Shown here: positions 57,143 through 64,000 of the stretch, piece by piece
Layout of the letters: every line of letters starts with the position of its first letter
Position numbering within the stretch: the stretch's first letter is position 1
Source of the DNA: Candidatus Omnitrophota bacterium
GTDB taxonomy: Bacteria; Omnitrophota; Gorgyraeia; Gygaellales; Profunditerraquicolaceae
Direction of reading: 5' to 3'
Assembly (NCBI GenBank): GCA_043809145.1
Contig: JAZDED010000034.1
Span: 6,423 to 70,422 of the forward strand
Length of the DNA: 64,000 nucleotides
Notes under the pieces: generated by a model
What the model was told of the DNA's origin: nothing
The model's database searches: none
Seen by the model: only the letters and a program-made list of their open reading frames with translations
Made by a program: the position numbers and the translations under genes

Positions 57143-57747
57143 ACTTCTCTTATTTCTTAAGCATTTTTATTCAATCAGTTTTTGTCTATAATGTCGTCCT
57201 CTCGCGCTTTCTGGGGTTATGCCCATTCATTGCCATCTCCAAGGAAACCAAGCCTGCTTTTGCTATGAGCCTGGCTGTTACCTTTGTAATTACCACCTCC
57301 AGTATTATTACCTGGTTTATCTACCGCTTCCTGCTTATTCCTTTTAACCTGACCTATCTACGCACCATCTCTTTTATCTTGGTAATCGCCACATTTGTGC
57401 AACTGGTAGAAATGGTAATTAAAAAAATAAGCCCGCCGATGTACCGCCTGTTCGGAATCTATCTGCCTCTAATCACGGTTAACTGCGCTGTTTTAGGCAT
57501 AGCGGTGCTTAATAGCGATATGTTTTTTGCCAATAATAAAGCAGTTGCCGGAAGTTTCGCTTTTTCTGTTTTTCAAGGGATATGCGCGGGAATTGGTTAT
57601 ACCCTGGCAATGCTGCTTATGTCGGGAATAAGGGAAAGGCTGGAATATTGCAACGTGCCAAAAGCAGTCAGAAATTTACCTCTGGCTTTTATCATTGCTT
57701 CTATTATCAGTTTGAGCTTCACCGGATTTAACGGTTTCAAATTTTAG
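57139..57747 (+). CDS. rnfA: Rnf complex subunit A.
   Basis: NVVLSRFLGLCPFIAISK N-terminus typical of RnfA/NqrE. Confidence 0.8.
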   Translation: MNFSYFLSIFIQSVFVYNVVLSRFLGLCPFIAISKETKPAFAMSLAVTFVITTSSIITWFIYRFLLIPFNLTYLRTISFILVIATFVQLVEMVIKKISPPMYRLFGIYLPLITVNCAVLGIAVLNSDMFFANNKAVAGSFAFSVFQGICAGIGYTLAMLLMSGIRERLEYCNVPKAVRNLPLAFIIASIISLSFTGFNGFKF

Positions 57748-57796
57748 CCAGGTAAAATTTTAGTTCACCCTAAGAACCGCCCTTAAGATATACAAT

Positions 57797-58588
57797 ATGG
57801 AAATATTATTACCTACAATAATGCTGAGCTTGCTCGGGTTAATCTTCGGCCTTGGCCTGGCTTTAGCCTCAAAAAAGTTAGCGGTTAAAGTCGACCCTAA
57901 ACTGGATAAAATCCACAACCTTCTTCCGGGTACTAACTGCGGGGCCTGCGGAGAAGCGGGATGTTTCGGTTTCGCTGAGGCAGTCTTTACCGGAAAGTCA
58001 AAAATAGACGCCTGCCGCAGCTCTAGCGATGAAACTAAAGAAAGAATTGCCGAAGTCCTGGGAAGAAAATTAATCAAGGATATAAAAAAAATAGCAGTAC
58101 TACATTGTAACGGCGGCAACAGAGTAAAAAATAAATTTGTTTATGACGGCATAGCAGAATGCCGGGCAGTAAATTTAACCCTGGGCGGGCAAAAGGAATG
58201 CTTTTTCGGCTGCCTGGGTTTTGACACCTGCGCCAGAATCTGCCCATTTAATGCTATCAGCATGGGTAAAGACGGCCTGCCTCTGGTTGACAAAGAGAGG
58301 TGCCGTGCCTGTAATAAATGTGTTAAGGCCTGTCCAAAGAAATTATTCAGCCTCATCCCGCAAGCAGCTCTTGTCTATGTAGCCTGCCTCTCCCATGACT
58401 CAGGAAAAGATACCCAGACAGCCTGCCCGGTCGGATGTATTGCCTGCGGACTATGCCAAAAAGCTTGCAAATTCGACGCCATACATATCATTGATAATCT
58501 GGCAATAATAGATTATAATAAATGTACGTCCTGCAAGGCATGCGTATCAGTATGCCCAAGAAAATGCATATTAGTTCGTAGTTCATAG
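57797..58588 (+). CDS. rnfB: Rnf complex subunit B (polyferredoxin).
   Basis: N-terminal TM plus CGACGEAGC and multiple CxxCxxCxxxCP motifs. Confidence 0.8.
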   Translation: MEILLPTIMLSLLGLIFGLGLALASKKLAVKVDPKLDKIHNLLPGTNCGACGEAGCFGFAEAVFTGKSKIDACRSSSDETKERIAEVLGRKLIKDIKKIAVLHCNGGNRVKNKFVYDGIAECRAVNLTLGGQKECFFGCLGFDTCARICPFNAISMGKDGLPLVDKERCRACNKCVKACPKKLFSLIPQAALVYVACLSHDSGKDTQTACPVGCIACGLCQKACKFDAIHIIDNLAIIDYNKCTSCKACVSVCPRKCILVRSS

Positions 58589-58606
58589 TTCATAGTTCTT
58601 AGTTCG
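58572..58606. repeat. Heptanucleotide tandem repeat (TAGTTCN) x5 spanning the rnfB stop codon.
   Basis: tagttcg tagttca tagttca tagttct tagttcg, read directly. Confidence 0.7.
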
Positions 58607-58626
58607 TAGACAATCAGGAGTTTTAA

Positions 58627-59229
58627 ATGGAAAATATAGCCGTATTTGCTTCCGGAAAAGGCACAAATTTTACAGCCATAGCCAAGGCAGTCAAAAGCGG
58701 TTTAGTCAAAGCCAATCTATCCTTATTAGTCTGCGACCAACCAAAAGCCCTGGTGCTTAAAAGAGCCAAGAAAGAGGGAATCAAAAGTATAGTTATTCAA
58801 CGCGGCGGGTTTAAAAAAAGGCCTGATTTTGAAAATAAAATAGTAGCTGCCTTAAAAAAGGAAAAAATAGGCCTTATTGTTTTAGCCGGATTTATGCGCA
58901 TCTTAAGCCCGGCCTTTATAAAACTCTACCGGGGAAAAATCCTAAATATCCACCCATCCCTGCTCCCTTCTTTTAAAGGCAGTAATGCCATCAAAGATGC
59001 CTTTAATTACGGCGCAAAACTAACCGGAGTAACCGTACATTTTATTGATGAATTAGTAGACCATGGACCGATAATCCTGCAAAAAGAAGTCTTGATTAAA
59101 AATAATGACACCCTGCCAATGCTAGAAAAAAGAATCCATAACCTAGAGCACAAACTATATCCTCAGGCTATCAGGTTATTTCTAAAGGGGGGTTTAAAGA
59201 TTAAATCCAGAAGGGTTTTAATTAACTAA
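58627..59229 (+). CDS. purN: Phosphoribosylglycinamide formyltransferase.
   Basis: Formyl-transferase fold; N-terminus IAVFASGKGTNF; 200 aa. Confidence 0.8.
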   Translation: MENIAVFASGKGTNFTAIAKAVKSGLVKANLSLLVCDQPKALVLKRAKKEGIKSIVIQRGGFKKRPDFENKIVAALKKEKIGLIVLAGFMRILSPAFIKLYRGKILNIHPSLLPSFKGSNAIKDAFNYGAKLTGVTVHFIDELVDHGPIILQKEVLIKNNDTLPMLEKRIHNLEHKLYPQAIRLFLKGGLKIKSRRVLIN

Positions 59230-60113
59230 TTGACAGGCTCCGCCCAAATTGCCTCACGGTTCAGGGTAACCTTACTATTATTCAAAAGATTATTCAATTC
59301 TACGGCGCTAAAATCCCTTACCCCATAAATCTTAATCGTATTAATGATAATCTTGATTATTTCTTTATCGATATCGGCGTCATAGGAAACCTCGGGCTTC
59401 TGAAATTTAAGCCCGATGCGATGCCGTATTTGGCTGGCGACAAACTCCTCCAGGGTTATATCCCGATATTCAAGGCTACTGCCTCGTTTATCCCCGATTA
59501 TATTAGGCGCGAGCTCCATATCCTGAATAGTGCGATGGCTGTATTCTCCCCAGGATATATACTCATAACTTACCTTCTTCAAATCCAGGTAATAAAATAC
59601 TTCCTTAAGCATAATTCCATTTTTAATATCGGCAATGACTAAACAGAATAATTCCGGGCTCATCTCCTGGCCCTTTTCCATGCTGAAGATTACCCTGCGC
59701 AAAACCTTCCAAACGCTGCCGATTTTCTCCTTAGCATCTTTTTTATACTCAACCTCCTGGACCTTTTCTTGTTCGGGAATAGCCTTAATAGCATAATCAA
59801 ACTTGAATAAACCGGACTTATAACTCTCCTCATTTTTGCTAATCTCAAATTTCTCTGTATATTTCTGGGGTTTTTCCGGCTTGGTAAAAATATCCTCAAG
59901 CGGCAGATATATCCATAAGGTTCTTCCCACCAACCTCGAGCTAACCTCAAGCTTATATTCCTTTCTACAAATATCTTCAACCGCTTCGGGAATACTCTCT
60001 TTTAAATAGGTAGGCTGGGTGGATAAGGTACAACCAGAAGATAATGTAAATAAGAAAAAAATGCTAAGGGCGAGACTTACCGAATGACTTAAAGACAGCT
60101 TCAATTTCATCAT
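59226..60113 (-). CDS. Lipoprotein of unknown function.
   Basis: Signal peptide plus lipobox LSSGC; 295 aa. Its start overlaps the ftsH 3' end by about 50 nt. Confidence 0.45.
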   Translation of the reverse strand: MMKLKLSLSHSVSLALSIFFLFTLSSGCTLSTQPTYLKESIPEAVEDICRKEYKLEVSSRLVGRTLWIYLPLEDIFTKPEKPQKYTEKFEISKNEESYKSGLFKFDYAIKAIPEQEKVQEVEYKKDAKEKIGSVWKVLRRVIFSMEKGQEMSPELFCLVIADIKNGIMLKEVFYYLDLKKVSYEYISWGEYSHRTIQDMELAPNIIGDKRGSSLEYRDITLEEFVASQIRHRIGLKFQKPEVSYDADIDKEIIKIIINTIKIYGVRDFSAVELNNLLNNSKVTLNREAIWAEPVN

Positions 60114-61740
60114 AATTAAGCTCTTCTTTGGCTACCAGTTCCCGGGCCAGGCGCTCCAAAAGGTCATCTTCTTTCTTTAAGAGTTCGCTTACTTCCTTCA
60201 AACATCCCCGCAGGATCTCCTGGACATCTTCATCAAGTATCTTCTTGGTCTCTTCAGAAATATAAGATGTGGATCCGGCAAAACTGTTTCTATCTAAAAT
60301 ATGAAAATCGCCGATCAAACCTGACTTGCCCATTCCTATGCGCCAGACCATATTATGAGCTGTTGATAGCGCTTGGGCAAAATCCCCTCCTACTCCGGCA
60401 GTAGTAAACCCAAGCTTTAATTTTTCGGCAGCAAATGAACCCAAAGCAATTTTAATATCATTAAGCAGTTCATACTGATCCTCAATAAACTTTTCATTGA
60501 TCTCCGGAACCCAGGTTACTCCTCCGGTATGGCCGCGGGGGGTAATGGTTATCTTAAACACATCCTTGGTGGGAACCAATAGATACGTAACTATAGCGTG
60601 GCCGGCCTCATGATAAGCAGTCTGCAGCTTCTCCTTCTGGCTCATTTTTACCCGGCGCTTAATACCCAAGGCAATCCTTTCGCGCGCCTCGTCAATCTCC
60701 TTCATGCTGATTAAAGAACATTTGTTTCTGATAGCAATTAAAGCAGCCTCGCGCACAACATTTGCAACATCTGCGGGGCTGCTACCTACGCTGATCCTGG
60801 CTAGGCGGTCTATCTTAACACTATTGGAATCGTATTTAACATCATTTAAATAATATTTGAACAGTTTTTCACGGTCTTCAAGGTTAGGTTTATCAACATA
60901 AATTTTGCGATCAAATCTTCCCGGGCGTAAAAGCGCCGGATCTAATATTTTCTCCGGGGCATTGGTTGCTCCGATAATTACAATATTTGAATCCTTTTCT
61001 TTTAATCCATCCATCTCTACCAAAAGCTGATTTAAAGTAGTATTTCGCTCCGAAGTCCCTCCAGAGCCTCCATCAAGCACCCTCTGCGCGCCAACAGCAT
61101 CTATTTCATCAATAAATATAAGGCAGCCCCCGTGCAATTCCGCAAGCATATTTGCCCTTTTAAAAAGACTGCGTATCCTTCCCGCCCCTACCCCCACAAA
61201 CATTTCCACAAACTCCGAGCCCGACATTGAGATGAAGGGTAACCTGGATTCAGTGGCAATGGCTTTAGCCAGATAAGTCTTGCCGCAACCCGGGGGCCCG
61301 AGCATCAATAAACCCCGCAGGATCTTTCCTCCGATCTGCTGTAGCTGCGCCCTGTCTTTTATAAGATTAACTACCTCGTACGCCTCCTGCTTAGCCTCTT
61401 CCATGCCAATAACATCTTTCCAGGTTATTCCTAACTCTTCTCCGGCAATGCTCTTCTTGGCTGTCTGGGAAAAAGACTGCGCCCCGCGTTTAAAAAACAT
61501 CCAGTAGTACATATAGGAAAAAACGATTGCCTGGATAACACCCATAACCCCCCAGGAAAACATCTGGAGAGGAAGAGAGGCAAGCTGTGTCTGACGCAGG
61601 TATGACTCTGCTTCATTCCAAGCCTTTACGCCTTTGATCAAAACAATAACCAAAGAAATAATTAAAGTTATTATACCGGTAATTACCAGAATTCTGATCC
61701 AGTATAATTTAAAGTAAAAACGTATTTTTCTCCAATCCAT
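60064..61740 (-). CDS. ftsH: ATP-dependent zinc metalloprotease FtsH (AAA+). Start chosen at MDWRKIRF with Shine-Dalgarno AAGGA.
   Basis: Two N-terminal TM helices, Walker A GPPGCGKT, Walker B IIFIDEIDA, zinc motif HEAGHAIV. Confidence 0.85.
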   Translation of the reverse strand: MDWRKIRFYFKLYWIRILVITGIITLIISLVIVLIKGVKAWNEAESYLRQTQLASLPLQMFSWGVMGVIQAIVFSYMYYWMFFKRGAQSFSQTAKKSIAGEELGITWKDVIGMEEAKQEAYEVVNLIKDRAQLQQIGGKILRGLLMLGPPGCGKTYLAKAIATESRLPFISMSGSEFVEMFVGVGAGRIRSLFKRANMLAELHGGCLIFIDEIDAVGAQRVLDGGSGGTSERNTTLNQLLVEMDGLKEKDSNIVIIGATNAPEKILDPALLRPGRFDRKIYVDKPNLEDREKLFKYYLNDVKYDSNSVKIDRLARISVGSSPADVANVVREAALIAIRNKCSLISMKEIDEARERIALGIKRRVKMSQKEKLQTAYHEAGHAIVTYLLVPTKDVFKITITPRGHTGGVTWVPEINEKFIEDQYELLNDIKIALGSFAAEKLKLGFTTAGVGGDFAQALSTAHNMVWRIGMGKSGLIGDFHILDRNSFAGSTSYISEETKKILDEDVQEILRGCLKEVSELLKKEDDLLERLARELVAKEELNYDEIEAVFKSFGKSRP

Positions 61741-61991
61741 ATCGTTATCCTTTTTCTTAACTAAACTACTAAACCTCGCAGAAACCCTTAAAAAATAGGT
61801 TAGGCATTGGCAGTGCCCAGTCACAAGGGTAAATTAAAAATATCACAACTAATACCTTAAGTCAAACCTTTTCTTGGCAGGGAAAGTTCTGCTTTGACTT
61901 AAGACCATTCCTAATTCTCTTGACTTGAGCTAATTTAATTGTATAATATTGAAATCTAACTTGAATGGATTTTGTATAAGGAGAAGTGGAT

Positions 61992-63251
61992 ATGGCAAAA
62001 ATTACCAAGGCCTTAGCAAGGCAGATTCTGGATTCACGTGGAAATCCCACAATAGAAGTAGATATCTTATTGGATAATGGTATATTAGGCAGGGCAGCCG
62101 TACCCTCAGGCGCCTCTACCGGAGATAATGAAGCCCTAGAACTGCGCGATGGAGATAAAAACAAGTACCTCGGCAAAGGCGTACTTAAGGCTGTAAGTAA
62201 TGTCAACGGCCCCATTGCCGCTAAGATCCTGGGTCAGGAACCGAATTTCCAGGCCATAGATAAGGTTCTATTTGCGCTGGATGGCACAGAGAATAAATCC
62301 AAGTTAGGAGCTAATGCCATATTAGGAGTCTCTTTAGCCGTAGCCAAAGCTGGTGCATTAGCGGCAAATAAGCCTCTTTATAAATTTATCGGAGGCGTTC
62401 AAGCAAACATCCTGCCTGTCCCTTTAATGAATATTCTAAACGGCGGTATGCACGCAGATAATAATCTGGATATCCAAGAATTTATGATTATACCTGTAGG
62501 CGCGGACAGGTTTTCCGAAGCGCTGAGAATGGCCACAGAGGTCTTTCATAACCTGAAATCACTACTTAAATCCAAAAAACTGTCTACATCAGTTGGGGAT
62601 GAGGGCGGATTCGCTCCAAGCCTCAATTCCAACGAAGAAGCATTGGCCTTGATTATACAAGCTATTGAGAAATCCGGATACAAGCCCGGCAAAGAAATTA
62701 GCCTGGCGCTTGACTGCGCAGCCAGTTCCTTCTTCAAAAATGGAATCTATAATTTTGAAGGCGCGCCAAAGAAGGCTAGCGACTTAATAGCTACTTACGC
62801 CAACTGGTCAAAAAAGTACCCGTTAATTTCCATTGAAGACGGGTTAGCTGAACATGATGCTAGCGGATGGCAGAAATTAACCCGCGAGTTGGGCGCTAAT
62901 TTGCAGCTGGTCGGCGATGACATCTTTGTCACTAACCCCAAAATATTTAAAGATGGGATTGCCAAGGGAATTGCCAATGCTATTCTTATAAAGGTAAACC
63001 AGATCGGCTCCCTCTCAGAAACCTTAGAGACAATAGAAATCGCCCATCAAAATAAGTATAAGGCGATAATTTCACACCGCTCCGGAGAAACCGAAGATAC
63101 AACTATTGCGCATCTTGCTGTAGCCTCGGGATGCGGACAGATCAAGACCGGATCTTTATCGCGAACTGACCGGATCTGTAAATATAATGAGCTTCTAAGA
63201 ATTGAAGAAGAATTGGCCGACAAGGCTGTATACGCAGGAAAACTATTTTAA
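61992..63251 (+). CDS. eno: Enolase.
   Basis: [25 protein letters not shown] and the enolase signature region; about 420 aa. Confidence 0.9.
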   Translation: MAKITKALARQILDSRGNPTIEVDILLDNGILGRAAVPSGASTGDNEALELRDGDKNKYLGKGVLKAVSNVNGPIAAKILGQEPNFQAIDKVLFALDGTENKSKLGANAILGVSLAVAKAGALAANKPLYKFIGGVQANILPVPLMNILNGGMHADNNLDIQEFMIIPVGADRFSEALRMATEVFHNLKSLLKSKKLSTSVGDEGGFAPSLNSNEEALALIIQAIEKSGYKPGKEISLALDCAASSFFKNGIYNFEGAPKKASDLIATYANWSKKYPLISIEDGLAEHDASGWQKLTRELGANLQLVGDDIFVTNPKIFKDGIAKGIANAILIKVNQIGSLSETLETIEIAHQNKYKAIISHRSGETEDTTIAHLAVASGCGQIKTGSLSRTDRICKYNELLRIEEELADKAVYAGKLF

Positions 63252-63253
63252 CA

Positions 63254-63526
63254 ATGATCTTTAATAAAACTGTCCCCTTTTTAGGGGCAGGATTAGTAAT
63301 ACTAATAATATTTTTACCGGGTTATACAAAAATACAGGAATTAAGGGACAGAAACCTTGACCTTCAACAAAAGAATAAAGTCCTAAAGAAAGAAAACCAA
63401 TTCCTGGAAGCGGAATTAATTAGAATCACAACAGATTCGGTTTACCAGGAAAGAATCCTAAGGGACAAACTAGGAGTAGTCAGAAAAGACGAAGTTCCCG
63501 TAAAAATCGTCCCTCAAAAAGAGTAG
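63254..63526 (+). CDS. ftsB: Septum formation initiator FtsB/DivIC-like.
   Basis: 90 aa; TM then coiled coil. The eno-ftsB arrangement is classic. Confidence 0.6.
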   Translation: MIFNKTVPFLGAGLVILIIFLPGYTKIQELRDRNLDLQQKNKVLKKENQFLEAELIRITTDSVYQERILRDKLGVVRKDEVPVKIVPQKE

Positions 63527-63540
63527 GATAAATAGAGATT

Positions 63541-63614
63541 CGCGGGGTGGAGCAGTCTGGTAGCTCGTCAGGCTCATAACCTGAAGGCCATGAGTTCAAA
63601 TCTCATCCCCGCAA
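63541..63614 (+). tRNA. Initiator tRNA-fMet (anticodon CAT).
   Basis: Near-identical to E. coli tRNA-fMet: the initiator-type C1 x A72 mismatch, anticodon loop CTCATAA, T-loop TTCAAAT. Confidence 0.85.
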
Positions 63615-63621
63615 TTAAAAT

Positions 63622-63650
63622 AAAACCCCCTTAAGGGGGGTTTTATTTTA
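63622..63650 (+). terminator. Intrinsic terminator after tRNA-fMet.
   Basis: AAAACCCCC-TTAA-GGGGGTTTT followed by ATTTTAT. Confidence 0.7.
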
Positions 63651-63791
63651 TCTCGAGTTTATCTTAAAAAATATCGTGTGTTTTTTTTAAGATGTATAAA
63701 CGAGGGACAGGATACGATATTTTAATATTATTGTAAAAAACCGCCATTTACGACGGTTTTTTTATTTTATCACAAGGCGTTATGCTTTAAT

Positions 63792-63989
63792 TTAATCCTT
63801 TAAATATTCGACATCGATAGATTCTACCTTTCTACCTTTAGACCCAAGCTTAATTTTAGTATTCTCTATCCATAAAAATATTTCCGACTGCCCCAAGGCC
63901 TCAAATAATTTACCGGTAGAATTATAATCCAGAATAAAAAGCAACCCCCCCCTAAAGCGGATATCCTTAACTTTAAGCTCCATATTCAT
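63792..63989 (-). CDS. Small hypothetical ORF (65 aa) at the window edge.
   Basis: ORF only. Confidence 0.15.
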   Translation of the reverse strand: MNMELKVKDIRFRGGLLFILDYNSTGKLFEALGQSEIFLWIENTKIKLGSKGRKVESIDVEYLKD

Positions 63990-64000
63990 GGAAAAAAGAA

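Overview
This 64-kb window looks like the chromosome of an AT-rich (about 40% GC) diderm, probably anaerobic, uncultivated-type bacterium. Genes are densely packed and mostly on the minus strand. Main contents: (1) an LPS/lipid-A core cluster at 1-9 kb (LptA/OstA-like partial gene, kdsC, kdsD, kdsA, kdsB, HldE-kinase domain, msbA on the minus strand; a Gfo/Idh/MocA oxidoreductase, lpxB and a tandem HD-GYP protein on the plus strand). (2) A nitrogen/C1 block at 16-31 kb: cspA, a split carB N-half with carA, gdhA, an NfnAB-like pair, a GT2 glycosyltransferase, an orphan hydrogenase maturation protease, an AsnC-aminotransferase-glnA-GAF/ANTAR operon and nadE. (3) At 32-39 kb, a plus-strand block that I consider the most novel part of the window: two tandem cassettes, each a near-consensus promoter followed by a small membrane-anchored zinc-ribbon protein and a GspG-like pseudopilin. 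The second cassette runs without a terminator into an operon encoding a TM protein, an ABC-2 ATPase and permease, a TPR membrane protein, two further membrane/secreted proteins and a NifB-like radical-SAM protein whose NifB cofactor ligands all appear conserved; no nitrogenase genes are in the window. (4) At 39-52 kb: a phage-type ORF6N gene, greA, a PhoU-like/PiT pair, a QueG-like gene, mnmG, archaeal-type apgM, class II RNR nrdJ, LacI and ROK regulators. (5) At 52-64 kb: tRNA-Thr, an MFS transporter, a complete Rnf complex in the unusual order rnfC-G-D-E-A-B, purN, a lipoprotein, ftsH, eno, ftsB and initiator tRNA-fMet. Several repeat families, a degraded B12-binding radical-SAM pseudogene and a degenerate ferredoxin mini-ORF are also present. 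All calls rest on reading the sequence and recalling protein-family signatures; no database searches were run.
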